This document shows positions 10,269 through 20,082 of a stretch of DNA of 64,000 bases, piece by piece (position 1 is the first letter of the stretch; every line of letters starts with the position of its first letter). Position numbers and translations under genes: made by a program. The stretch lies in contig CAVUKA010000005.1 of the NCBI GenBank assembly GCA_963741945.1, positions 256,001 to 320,000 on the forward strand, written 5' to 3'. The notes below the pieces were generated by a model. The model searched no databases. It saw only the letters and a program-made list of their open reading frames with translations, and was not told where the DNA came from. This stretch comes from an uncultured Gemmatimonadales bacterium. Lineage in GTDB: Bacteria > Gemmatimonadota > Gemmatimonadetes > Longimicrobiales > RSA9.

Positions 10269-10314
10269 TGCGTGGCGACAAGGCGCGTGACCCCGCTGGA
10301 CCTGGAGGGCAACG

Positions 10315-12363
10315 ATGCCGGACTTCCAGAACATCTACAGCCACGGCTTCGTGCGGGCCGCGGTCTGCATTCCGCACGTGCGGATCGCCGACCCCGTGGC
10401 CAATGTCGAACGGACGCTGGCTCTGGCGCGCCGCGCCCATGACCTGCACGCCGGCATCGCCCTGTTCCCCGAGCTGGGGCTCACGGCGTACTCCAACGAC
10501 GACCTGTTCCAGCAGGACGCGTTGCTGGACGCAGCATTGGACGCCGCGGGCGAGCTCGTGGCCGCGAGCGCGGAGCTCCGCCCGATCCTGCTCGTGGGCG
10601 CCCCGCTCCGCTTCGAGGGGAAGCTGTTCAACTGCGCCCTGGTGGTGCACCGGGGCCGCCTGCTGGGGATCGTCCCGAAGACGTACATCCCGAACTACCG
10701 CGAGTTCTACGAGAAGCGGCAGTTCACGTCGGGCCGTGACGCCGTGGCGCGCGAGGTGCCGCTCCTCGGCCACCGCATCCCCTTCGGCCGTGACCTGATC
10801 TTCGACGCCGAGGACATCCCCGGCCTCTCGCTCCACGTGGAGATCTGCGAGGACCTGTGGGCGCCCGTGCCGCCCAGCACCTACGCATCGCTGGCGGGCG
10901 CCACGGTGATCGCGAACCTGTCGGCCAGCAACATCATCATCGGGAAGGCGAAGTACCGTAAGGACCTGTGCGCCGCGCAGTCCGGGAAATGCATCGCGGC
11001 CTACCTGTACGCCGCCGCGGGCCCCGGCGAGTCCACCACCGACCTGGCGTGGGACGGCCACGCACTCATCTACGAGAACAACGAGCTGCTGGCGGAGGGC
11101 GAGCGCTTCAGTGACGAGGAGCAGGTGGTCTTCGCCGACCTGGACCTGGAGCGGCTGGCGCAGGACCGCATGCGCATGACCACGTTCAATGACGCCGTGG
11201 GCGACCACCTCGAGGGCGTGCAGCGCATACGACGCGTCCCGTTCACCTTCGATCCGCCGTCCGGCGCCATCCCCCTCCACCGCCCGCTCGACCGCTTCCC
11301 CTACGTGCCCAGCGAAGCGCGGGAGCGCGACGCCCGCTGCTACGAAGCGTACAACATCCAGGTGCACGGGCTCATGCAGCGGCTGCGCGCCACCGGCATC
11401 GAGAAGGTGGTCATCGGCGTCTCGGGCGGGCTGGACTCCACGCAGGCGCTCATCGTCTGCGCCCGCGCCATGGACCGCCTGGGCCTCCCGCGCGAGAACA
11501 TCCTGGGCTACACCATGCCTGGCTTCGCCACCAGCGACATCACCAGGACGAACGCGTGGAAACTGATGCGCTCCCTCGGCGTGACGGCGGAGGAGATCGA
11601 CATCCGGCCGTCCGCACGGCAGATGCTTTCGGACCTGGGGCACCCCTTCGCCGACGGCGAGGAGGTCTACGACGTCACGTTCGAGAACGTGCAGGCGGGC
11701 GAGCGCACGTCGCACCTCTTCCGGCTGGCCAACCACCGCGGCGGGCTGGTCGTGGGCACCGGCGACCTGAGCGAGGCGGCGCTCGGCTGGACCACCTACG
11801 GGGTGGGCGACCAGATGTCGCACTACAACGTCAACGCGTCCGTCCCCAAGACGCTGATCCAGTACCTGATCCGCTGGGTGGCGGCATCGGGCCAGTTCGA
11901 CGACGATACCAGCGCCACCCTCGTCGCCATCCTCAACACCGAGATCTCCCCCGAGCTCGTCCCCGGCGCCGCCGAGGAGGACGGGCCGGCGCAGAGCACG
12001 GAAGAGCGCGTCGGGCCGTACGAGCTCCAGGACTTCCACCTCTACTTCGTCTCCCGCTACGGCTTCCGCCCCAGCAAGGTGGCCTTCCTCGCCCACGCGG
12101 CATGGGGGGACCGGGATCAGGGCGGCTGGCCGGACGGGATCCCGACCGAGAAGCGGAACGAATACGACCTCGCCACCATCAAGAAGTGGCTGGAGGTCTT
12201 CCTCCACCGCTTCTTCGAGACCAGCCAGTTCAAGCGGAGCGCCATGCCCAACGGCCCCAAGGTCGGATCCGGCGGATCGCTCTCCCCGCGCGGCGACTGG
12301 CGCGCCCCCAGCGACGCCTCCGCCCGCCCCTGGATCGAGGAGCTGCGTAGCAACGTGCCGTGA
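10315..12363 (+). CDS. nadE: Glutamine-dependent NAD+ synthetase
   Basis: Nitrilase-like domain ([19 protein letters not shown]) fused to a synthetase domain ([23 protein letters not shown]). Confidence 0.96.
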   Translation: MPDFQNIYSHGFVRAAVCIPHVRIADPVANVERTLALARRAHDLHAGIALFPELGLTAYSNDDLFQQDALLDAALDAAGELVAASAELRPILLVGAPLRFEGKLFNCALVVHRGRLLGIVPKTYIPNYREFYEKRQFTSGRDAVAREVPLLGHRIPFGRDLIFDAEDIPGLSLHVEICEDLWAPVPPSTYASLAGATVIANLSASNIIIGKAKYRKDLCAAQSGKCIAAYLYAAAGPGESTTDLAWDGHALIYENNELLAEGERFSDEEQVVFADLDLERLAQDRMRMTTFNDAVGDHLEGVQRIRRVPFTFDPPSGAIPLHRPLDRFPYVPSEARERDARCYEAYNIQVHGLMQRLRATGIEKVVIGVSGGLDSTQALIVCARAMDRLGLPRENILGYTMPGFATSDITRTNAWKLMRSLGVTAEEIDIRPSARQMLSDLGHPFADGEEVYDVTFENVQAGERTSHLFRLANHRGGLVVGTGDLSEAALGWTTYGVGDQMSHYNVNASVPKTLIQYLIRWVAASGQFDDDTSATLVAILNTEISPELVPGAAEEDGPAQSTEERVGPYELQDFHLYFVSRYGFRPSKVAFLAHAAWGDRDQGGWPDGIPTEKRNEYDLATIKKWLEVFLHRFFETSQFKRSAMPNGPKVGSGGSLSPRGDWRAPSDASARPWIEELRSNVP

Positions 12364-12413
12364 GCGCCCCGGCCGCGGAGGTAGCGGAGAACGCGGAGAA
12401 CGTCCACACCCTC

Positions 12414-12579
12414 TCACGCGGAGCCGCGAAGATCGCGGAGGGGCATTCCGGGCCAGGAAGCTTCCTCGCCCGGAAGCGAGCCGGGCACTACCATTATGTT
12501 CTTGCCCGGTCACCGCAGCGGCCGTAGCGGCCCGCGCAGCCCGATGAAGCCCTCCGCGTTCTCCGCGGCTTCGCGTGGA
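12414..12579. repeat. Second copy of the CACGCGGAGnCGCGAAG inverted-repeat element
   Basis: TCACGCGGAGCCGCGAAGATCGCGGAGGG pairs imperfectly with CCCTCCGCGTTCTCCGCGGCTTCGCGTGG; lies between convergent genes. Confidence 0.65.
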
Positions 12580-12598
12580 ACGGTTTTTCTCCGCCCTC

Positions 12599-14908
12599 TC
12601 AGCGCCCCCGCGTGGAAACCGCGGAGGTGGCGGGCCTCAGCAACGCGGTCGCCTCCTCGAGGGCCCCGGAGACCGCATCCAGCGACGCCCCGATCTTCAC
12701 CGCGTACGCCTCGGCCTCGTCGTAGTTCTTCTCCTCCATACCTTCGCGCACGCCGGGGAGCGTCTTGACGCCGTAGCCGGTGTAGAAGCCGGGGGCGTAG
12801 ATCATGTGCTTGAACCACGGGCGACGGGGGAGCCCCTCGTCGCGGGTCATGAGCCGCTCCGTCCGCATCAGCAACGCGTTCAGCTCCTGCACGTTCACGC
12901 GCCCGAGCGAAACCGCCCCGGACGCCGCGTCCGTCCCGGCAGCGGCGGCGGTGGCCTCGGCAAGCGCGCGGTCGTAGGCGTGGGCGGCGGTCTTCAGCCG
13001 GGCCACCGCGTTCTCCAGCGGCGCCACATTGATGTACGGCACCGGCGCCACGGAATCGGGCGCCACGTACGTCTTCGTGGGGTCGGCGGCCAGGGTGTAG
13101 GCGTTCATGGCGACGAGCCGGTTGCGGTGGCTCGCCTCCTCCCGCAGCCGGTCCGCCAGCTTGCCCACGTCGTCCAGGTAGTCGGCCACGTGGCCCGCGA
13201 AGTTGCCGAACCGGAAGGGGAGGACGGGGGCGTCGGCCAGGCGGAGCGTCGCCCGGCCGGCCACCTGCGCCAGCGCCACGCCGTACGCGAAGTCGGTGTC
13301 GCCGAAGCGGAGGAAGTGGTCGAAGGAGTCGTACTGCGAGTGGTACTGCCCGCCGCCGCCCTCGCCGCCGAACCCGATGTTCAGCGACGGCACGCCCAGG
13401 TGCTGGAGGAAGGGGGTGTAGTCGGAGCCGGAGCCGAGGGGTGAGATCGGGAGGTCCGCGGCGTCCAGGACTTTCGCGTCGCCCGACACGGCCATGCGCG
13501 CCCGCGCGCGGTCCCACGCGCTCACGCCGGTCTCCGGGTCGGTGACGTCCTTCCCCAGCTGGTTCGCGAACCGCTCCAGCGTGTGCGACCCGCCAATCCC
13601 CAGGAAGCCGCGGCCGTTGCCGTCGCTGTTGATGTAGGCGACGGCCTTCTCCCGCAGCTCCGCCGCGTGATCCTCCACCCACTCCGTCGACCCCAGCAGC
13701 CCCGGCTCCTCGCCGTCCCACGCCGCGTAGACGATGGTCCGCCTCGGCCGCCAGCCCGCCTTCGCCAGCGCCCCCACCGCCTTCGCCTCCTCCAGCATGG
13801 CCACCTGCCCGCTGATCGGGTCCGCCGCGCCCATGGCCCAGCCGTCGCGATGATTGCCGCGAACGACCCACTCGTCCGGGAACTCGCTCCCGGGAAGCAC
13901 CGCGATGACATCCTGCACCGGCTGCAGCGACCAGTCGAACGCCAGCTTCAGGTGCACCCTGGTCGGGCCGGGGCCGATGTGGTACGTGATCGGCAGCGCC
14001 CCGCGCCACGCCTCCGGCGCCACCGGCCCGGTCAGCGCTTCCAGCAGCGGCTTCGCGTCGCCCCACGAGATCGGCAGCACCGGGATCTTCATGATCACCG
14101 GCGACTCCGCCACCGAGTACCGCTCCGCCCCCTCCTTCGCGGCGACGCCGGGCGTCAGCGGGTCACCGGGGTAGCGCGGCATGTCCTCCACCGACCCGCG
14201 CTGCACCCCCTGCTCCGGACGGTACGGGCCCTCGGGGTACGCGTCGCCCTCGTAGTAGCCGTCGTCCCGCGGGTCGCTGTAGATCAGGCAGCCGATGGCA
14301 CCGTGCTCCGCCGCCACCTTCGGCTTGATCCCGCGCCACGACCCGCCGTAGCGCGCGATCACGATCTTCCCCTTCACGTCGATGCCCCGCCGCTCCAGCG
14401 CCTCATAGTCGTCCGGGATCCCGTAGTTCACGTAGACCAGCTCGCCCGTCACGTCGCCATCCGCCGAGTACGCGTTGTACGTCGGCAGCCGCCCGGCCAC
14501 GCCCGACGTCCGGTCACCCGCCACCGCCGGCTCCGCCAGCTTCGCCCGGTATCGCCTGGGCGACGTCATCTCCAGCAGCCGCTCCTTCGGCGTGGGGAAC
14601 AGCACCTGGTACTCGTCGATCCGCGTGTCGTAGCCCCAGGAGCGGAACAGGTCCGCGATGAACCGCGCGTTCTCACGGTCGCCCGGCGAGCCCACGTAGA
14701 ACGGCTTGTCCGTCAGCTCCTGCATCCAGCCGCGCAGGTCGGCCGCGTCGAGCAGCCCGTCGAACCGCTCCTCCAGCGCCCGCTGCGCCGCGCTCGTCTC
14801 CGCCGTGAAGCCCAGAAGGACCGGGTCGCCCGCCGGCTGCGGCGACGCAGCCAGGAATGCCAGGGGGAGGATGAAAAGGGCGAGAAACGCGATTGGACCG
14901 CGTCGCAT
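12599..14908 (-). CDS. M28 family peptidase (glutamate carboxypeptidase II-like; PA and TfR dimerisation domains)
   Basis: Signal peptide; YVNYG, GNHRDGW, GAADP, WDGEEPGLLGSTEW, GSGSDY, RPWFKHMIYAPG. Confidence 0.92.
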   Translation of the reverse strand: MRRGPIAFLALFILPLAFLAASPQPAGDPVLLGFTAETSAAQRALEERFDGLLDAADLRGWMQELTDKPFYVGSPGDRENARFIADLFRSWGYDTRIDEYQVLFPTPKERLLEMTSPRRYRAKLAEPAVAGDRTSGVAGRLPTYNAYSADGDVTGELVYVNYGIPDDYEALERRGIDVKGKIVIARYGGSWRGIKPKVAAEHGAIGCLIYSDPRDDGYYEGDAYPEGPYRPEQGVQRGSVEDMPRYPGDPLTPGVAAKEGAERYSVAESPVIMKIPVLPISWGDAKPLLEALTGPVAPEAWRGALPITYHIGPGPTRVHLKLAFDWSLQPVQDVIAVLPGSEFPDEWVVRGNHRDGWAMGAADPISGQVAMLEEAKAVGALAKAGWRPRRTIVYAAWDGEEPGLLGSTEWVEDHAAELREKAVAYINSDGNGRGFLGIGGSHTLERFANQLGKDVTDPETGVSAWDRARARMAVSGDAKVLDAADLPISPLGSGSDYTPFLQHLGVPSLNIGFGGEGGGGQYHSQYDSFDHFLRFGDTDFAYGVALAQVAGRATLRLADAPVLPFRFGNFAGHVADYLDDVGKLADRLREEASHRNRLVAMNAYTLAADPTKTYVAPDSVAPVPYINVAPLENAVARLKTAAHAYDRALAEATAAAAGTDAASGAVSLGRVNVQELNALLMRTERLMTRDEGLPRRPWFKHMIYAPGFYTGYGVKTLPGVREGMEEKNYDEAEAYAVKIGASLDAVSGALEEATALLRPATSAVSTRGR

Positions 14909-15199
14909 GGCAGGTCTCCGGATTCGGGGGTGGCTGTCGGTGTGGGATGCCCGTGAGAATGGCGCGAGCCGATCGTCCGGCGCAAGCGGACGGGAGTCAG
15001 GGGTCAGGGGTCAGGGGTCCCCCTCGGCGGCCGCGCCATCAACTCGACCGCTCGAGCGGCGTGAAGCGGGGTCATGGCACATCGAGCGCCGAATTCGCGC
15101 TCAACTCGGTATCCGCCGACGCGGTCGGACTCGACGCGGTCGACTTCATCACGCTTTCCGCCTGCAAGGTGACCGATGCGCCCGCGGCGACCCACGAAT

Positions 15200-15292
15200 G
15201 GTCGAGTTCACCGCCGCGGGGCCACCGCCGCGACCGGTCGAGTTCACCGCCGCGGGGCCACCGCCGCGACCGTGGGAGTTCACCGCCCCGGG
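15200..15292. repeat. 36-bp tandem repeat, about 2.6 copies, no spacers
   Basis: GGTCGAGTTCACCGCCGCGGGGCCACCGCCGCGACC at 15200 and 15236, partial copy at 15272. Confidence 0.85.
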
Positions 15293-17431
15293 CTACAGGA
15301 ACGACCAGAGCCGCGGATCGACGCTGAAGATGAGGGTGCCGGCCCGGCCATCGGCGTGGGCGCCGATGGGGACGGCGTAGTCGAGGCGCACGATCCCGTC
15401 GATGGAGCCGAGACCGACGCCCACGCTGGCCGCGATTCCGCCGGTTGCGCGGGGCGTCCAGGGTTCCAGGCCCTCCTCTGCGAGGTGCGGGGCGAACGAA
15501 GCGGATCCAGGTCCTGCCCATCCGGCGGCCGCCAGGGCGCGGAGCTGGAGCCAGTGCGGGACAACGGTGCGCCAGCCGGCCACGTCGAGCACGATCGCGC
15601 GTTCGCCCACGAACGCGTGGAAGTCATAGCCGGGCAGGGTGTTCCGACCACCGAGCAGCCACTGCTGCTGGGGTGGTGTGGCGCCGAAGGCGGCGGCGGC
15701 CGTGGCGCGCACCCGGACGGCATCGGAGTAGCGGTCGCTCCGCCAGGTGGCTTCCGCATCGACGAGGGCGCGACCGAACGCCCCCTCCTCCGGTGCGGCG
15801 TTGCTGCGCCCGGGGTCAGGGCTCCATTCCCCGGCCTCGATCCGGGGGTGGACGCGCAGCTGGAAGGGGCCGGCGTCGAGCTCCCGCTCGTAGTCGCCGG
15901 ACAGCAGCAGACGAACTCCCGGTGTCACGGGCGCCGCGGGACGGAAGCGCCCGGTGCGATCGAGCGGCGGCGTGGTGGCCGCCTGCTCGTACGGGTCCTG
16001 CCACTCGGCCCCGGCCGCCAGCGACAGACGGCCGCGGGCCGGCTGCCCCCAGCTCCGCGTGACCGTGCCGCCCGTGCTCCGCGCGATGTCCCGGTAGTCC
16101 TCGCCCGTGGCGAGCGCGGACGCGGTGGCCGTGACGCCGGCTGCGCCTGGACGCAGCCCGAGATCCAGTGGCCTGCGGCGATAGGCGTCCAGCGACCATC
16201 CGGGCACTCCGGGCGGTGCCGACCTCCACCCGATCGTGGCGATGAGCGCCTCGTCGCCCCAGGCACGGGCGCCATAGCCGTGCAGCTGCGTCCGCCCCAG
16301 CGCCACGGAAACACCGGCGCCCGTGACCAGCCCTTCGCTCCGATCGTAGCGCAGGATGGAGGAAACGGCGGGGGCGTACGGGCGGACGCGGGACAGGCCG
16401 CCCAGGTAGCGCTGCCGCAGGATGCGCCCGGCAATCGCGTGGACGTCCACGTCGTCGAGCGAGCCGGGATTGGTGCCCGGTGCCAGGCCCACATCTTCGT
16501 ACCCTTCGTACAGTCCCTTCTCGAAGGGGTACTGCGCGAGCTGCCGTGGCGTTTCGCCGAGGACCACCGGACGGCCGGTGAAGAAATCGGGCGGCAGGTC
16601 GGGGTTGAGCGTGTAGTCCTTCACCCTCAGCGCCGCCCGGATCACGGTCCCGAGGCCTATGTCGAGCTCCGGGATCTCGCGGCGCACCAGCAGACGCTGC
16701 TCCCGCGGCAGCCAGTATTTCCCTTCCCACAGCGCGTTCTCCAGCATGATCTCAACGCGCTGGTTGCGCGGATCGATGTACGCCGACGGGGTGAACGTGA
16801 ACGCGAGGCGCACGAGGTCGGAGCGGGATCGCTCGACGAAGAGTGAGCCGATGATGGCCGGGCGTCCGAAATCCTGCGGGCGCACCTGGATCTCGTACAC
16901 CCGGATCGGCTCTGGCTGGCCGGGGAGCCGGATCGTGGTGGAGTCCACGAGCCGATAGTCGTAGACGGAGTCGGCGCCGGGCGACAGCGGGTGCGGCACG
17001 TTCCGCACGTCCCGACCCTCGCCGACCCGGATGACGTCGCCGAAGCCGTTCTGGATGACGGTGTAGCGATCCAGGTAGTAGCGGAAGTCCTTGATGGGGA
17101 ACTGCTCCTCGGAGCGCATCCCCCGGATGATCTGCTTCGTCCGGTTCGGCCGGCCCCAGTACAGCAGCAGCGCCACCTGGTCCGCCCGCAGAAGCACCGG
17201 CTCCGGCTGCCCCTCCCGGTCCAGCAGGAAGTAGATGTAGCCATCCACGTCGGCGCGGTAGCTCCGGAGCGCCGTGTCGGCCATCGGCTGACGACGCCGC
17301 TCCCGGGCTCGCTCGACCAGGTCCAGTGCCCGGGCCCCGTTCCACCCGGGCTCCTGCGCGCGGGCCGCACGCGCGTGGCCGAGCCCGGCCGCGCTCAGGA
17401 TCAGGGCGAACGTGAAGGTCAGACGTCGCAT
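15293..17431 (-). CDS. Hypothetical exported/outer-membrane protein
   Basis: 712 aa, signal peptide (ARA-QEP), beta-strand-rich C-terminus (LGGRNTLPGY, GVGLG...VRLDYA); 6 bp downstream of the metal ABC permease. Confidence 0.7.
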   Translation of the reverse strand: MRRLTFTFALILSAAGLGHARAARAQEPGWNGARALDLVERARERRRQPMADTALRSYRADVDGYIYFLLDREGQPEPVLLRADQVALLLYWGRPNRTKQIIRGMRSEEQFPIKDFRYYLDRYTVIQNGFGDVIRVGEGRDVRNVPHPLSPGADSVYDYRLVDSTTIRLPGQPEPIRVYEIQVRPQDFGRPAIIGSLFVERSRSDLVRLAFTFTPSAYIDPRNQRVEIMLENALWEGKYWLPREQRLLVRREIPELDIGLGTVIRAALRVKDYTLNPDLPPDFFTGRPVVLGETPRQLAQYPFEKGLYEGYEDVGLAPGTNPGSLDDVDVHAIAGRILRQRYLGGLSRVRPYAPAVSSILRYDRSEGLVTGAGVSVALGRTQLHGYGARAWGDEALIATIGWRSAPPGVPGWSLDAYRRRPLDLGLRPGAAGVTATASALATGEDYRDIARSTGGTVTRSWGQPARGRLSLAAGAEWQDPYEQAATTPPLDRTGRFRPAAPVTPGVRLLLSGDYERELDAGPFQLRVHPRIEAGEWSPDPGRSNAAPEEGAFGRALVDAEATWRSDRYSDAVRVRATAAAAFGATPPQQQWLLGGRNTLPGYDFHAFVGERAIVLDVAGWRTVVPHWLQLRALAAAGWAGPGSASFAPHLAEEGLEPWTPRATGGIAASVGVGLGSIDGIVRLDYAVPIGAHADGRAGTLIFSVDPRLWSFL

Positions 17432-17437
17432 GGAGCG

Positions 17438-18250
17438 CTATACCCCGCGTCGAAGCAACCGGTGTCCCGCGGCGGCGAGGAAGAAGATCACCGCCCCGAG
17501 CAGCACGATGGCGGCGCCGGAGGGGAGGTCGAAGATCCAGGCCACCCACAGCCCGCCCACCACGGCCGCGAGGGAGAAGACGGCCGAGAGAAAGAGCATC
17601 GCGCGCATGCTGGGTGCCACCAGCTGCGCCGTCGCGGCGGGGATCACGAGGAACGCGGACACGAGCACGATGCCCACCACCTTGATGGCGGACACGATGG
17701 TGACGGCGAGGAGGGTGAAGAGGATGTAACGCAGCCGCGTGGTCGGGAGCCCGGCCGCCCGGGCGGTGTCCTCGTCCACGCTCACGAACAGGAGCTCCTT
17801 GAACAGGAAGATGGTGGCCACGAGGGAACCGCCCACGAGCACGGCAGCCAGCGCGAGGTCGGCCGGCCGGACGAGCAGGATGTTGCCGAACAGGTATCCC
17901 AGCAGGCTCTGGCGGTAGTCGGGTGTTCCGGCCATGAGCGCCACACCCAGTGCCATGGCCGTGGGGAACAGGATCCCGATGGATGTCTCCTCGCTCAGCC
18001 GCCCCTTTCCGCTCATGGCCGCGATCACCCACGCCACCACGATCGAGAATCCGAGGGCCGCGAACACCGGGTCGATGCCGAGCAGAACGCCGATCGCCAC
18101 GCCGCCGAGCGCGGCATGCGCGATCCCGATGCCGACGAACGCCATTCGCCGCAGGACCACGAAGAAGCCGAGCACGGCGCACCCGAGCCCGACCAGGATT
18201 CCGGCAATGAGCGCTCGCTGCCCGAAGTCGTATGCCAGGAACTCCGTCAC
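17438..18250 (-). CDS. Zn/Mn ABC transporter permease (ZnuB-like)
   Basis: VVLRRMAFVGIGIAHAALGG, YLFGNIL, VVGIVLVSAFLVIPAATA; GTG start overlapping the ATPase stop. Confidence 0.92.
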   Translation of the reverse strand: MTEFLAYDFGQRALIAGILVGLGCAVLGFFVVLRRMAFVGIGIAHAALGGVAIGVLLGIDPVFAALGFSIVVAWVIAAMSGKGRLSEETSIGILFPTAMALGVALMAGTPDYRQSLLGYLFGNILLVRPADLALAAVLVGGSLVATIFLFKELLFVSVDEDTARAAGLPTTRLRYILFTLLAVTIVSAIKVVGIVLVSAFLVIPAATAQLVAPSMRAMLFLSAVFSLAAVVGGLWVAWIFDLPSGAAIVLLGAVIFFLAAAGHRLLRRGV

Positions 18251-19044
18251 GGGGCCCCCGCCGGCGGTTCGCCGGGCGCGTGCACGTGACCGTGCGGGAA
18301 GTTGTAGACGCGATCGAGGCGCTCCGATTCGAGCACGTCCTGCGGCCGCCCCACCGCCTGGACCGTCCGGTCGAGCAGGAGCACCATGTCCGCGTGGCGA
18401 GCCACCACGTCGATGTCGTGCGACGCGGCCAGCAGGGTGATCCCCTCCTCCCGCTGAAGCGTGCAGCAGGTGTCGTAGAACCGGGCCTGCGCCGCCGGGT
18501 CCAGCCCCGCCGTGGGCTCGTCCATGAGCAGGAGGCGAGGCTGCGACACCAGCGCGCGGGCAATCAGGGCACGGCGCTGCTGACCGCCGGAAAGCTCGCT
18601 GAACCGCTGGCGCGCCACGTCCGAAAGCCCCACGCGAGCCAGCGCCCGCTCCGCCGCATCGTGGTCCGCTCGCCGGGGGCGGTGCCCCCAGCCAATGGTG
18701 GCGTACCGCCCCATCAGCACCACTTCCTCCGTGCTCAGCGGGAACCCCTCGGGAACGCCCGTCCGCTGCGGAACGTACCCGATCTCCTGCTTCGAGCCCG
18801 CGGGATGGCCGAACACGAAGATTCTTCCCTGGTCGGCCTTCTCCAGCCCCAGCAGCAGGCGCAACAGCGTGGTCTTGCCCGCCCCGTTCGGACCGATCAG
18901 CGCCGTGAACGTCCCCTCCGCCAGACGGAACGTCACGCCGCGGAGGACGGCCGCGGCGCCGTAGCCGAAGCTGACCCCGGAGAACTCGATCGCCGGATCG
19001 TTTCGCTCCGCCGGCGATGCGCCTTCGACCCGCTCTGCCGTCAC
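18247..19044 (-). CDS. Zn/Mn ABC transporter ATP-binding protein (ZnuC-like)
   Basis: GPNGAGKT, IGYVPQR, LSGGQQRR, DEPT, His-containing tail. Confidence 0.93.
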   Translation of the reverse strand: MTAERVEGASPAERNDPAIEFSGVSFGYGAAAVLRGVTFRLAEGTFTALIGPNGAGKTTLLRLLLGLEKADQGRIFVFGHPAGSKQEIGYVPQRTGVPEGFPLSTEEVVLMGRYATIGWGHRPRRADHDAAERALARVGLSDVARQRFSELSGGQQRRALIARALVSQPRLLLMDEPTAGLDPAAQARFYDTCCTLQREEGITLLAASHDIDVVARHADMVLLLDRTVQAVGRPQDVLESERLDRVYNFPHGHVHAPGEPPAGAP

Positions 19045-19940
19045 GGGCGCCCTCCCCGGGCGCCAGGCGCATGGCTCGCGAGCGCCCGCGCGAACGCGCG
19101 GACGTTGTACCGCATGAGCGACAGGTAATCCTCCCGGCCGTCCAGCTCCGGACCCCCCACGGGGTCGGCTACCGCCACGGGAAGCTGGAGCTCGCGCGCG
19201 AGCGCTTCCGTGCCCGCGGCCCCGAGCTGCGGTTCCGCGATGACGGCGGCCACGCCCCGGTCACGAGCGGCATTCACCAGCCGAGCGAGATCCCGCGTGC
19301 CCAGCTCGGTGCCCGGCGACGGATGCAGGGAGCCCACTTCCTCCAGGCCATAGCGCCGCGCGAAGTAGACCCACGCTGGATGGGCGGCCACGAAGCGGGC
19401 GCCCCTCACGGGGGCCAGGGTCTCGCGGATCCATGCGTCCAGCGCCGTCAGCGAGTCCGCGAACGCGGCGGCGCGGGCGCGGATCGCGGCGGAGGAGTCG
19501 GGGGCGACCGCGGTCAGCGCTGCCGCCATGCGCGGGAGGAGCGAGTCGCGGACCAGGATCGGATCCAGCCACACGTGGGGATTCCCCGTTCCGGGGCCGC
19601 GCTCGTGGATGAGCGGCATGCCGGCCGTCAGGATCAGCTCCTTCGTGCCGGCCGGCACGACCAGCCAGTCATCCGCCGGTCCGCCCACGCGCACGACGAG
19701 CGCCGCCCCGGCCAGCATTTCGCCCACGCGGGGCGTGGCCTCGTAGGTGTCGGGGTGCGCGCCAGGCGGCAGAATCGTGTGCACGTCCACGGCGCCTTCG
19801 CCCACGAACTGGAGGATGCTCGCCACCGGGTACAGCGTGGCCGCCACGGGGACACGGCCGCCCTCCGAGCGGGTGGCGTGGTCCCCCGAGCACGCGGCCA
19901 GCGCCGTGACGAGCAGGATGAGAAGAACCGACGTTCGCAT
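19041..19940 (-). CDS. Zn/Mn ABC transporter substrate-binding lipoprotein (ZnuA-like)
   Basis: Lipobox LAAC; PPGAHPDTYE, NPHVWLDP, HPAWVYFARRYGL. Confidence 0.92.
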   Translation of the reverse strand: MRTSVLLILLVTALAACSGDHATRSEGGRVPVAATLYPVASILQFVGEGAVDVHTILPPGAHPDTYEATPRVGEMLAGAALVVRVGGPADDWLVVPAGTKELILTAGMPLIHERGPGTGNPHVWLDPILVRDSLLPRMAAALTAVAPDSSAAIRARAAAFADSLTALDAWIRETLAPVRGARFVAAHPAWVYFARRYGLEEVGSLHPSPGTELGTRDLARLVNAARDRGVAAVIAEPQLGAAGTEALARELQLPVAVADPVGGPELDGREDYLSLMRYNVRAFARALASHAPGARGGRP

Positions 19941-20082
19941 GGGCCGTGATGATAGACACGAGCGCACTCGGATGATAGCCCCGCGGGGCCGCGTCCAAGG
20001 TTCCTCTTGCCGGAACCGGGCCGGCGTCAAACTATGTAGCGTCTAACGGGCATCCCCCAGACAAACAACCAGGAGGCGCCGT

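Noticed and set aside
15200-15292. Possible CRISPR array (36-bp repeats)
   Set aside because: Units are directly adjacent with no unique spacers, and no cas genes occur in the window.
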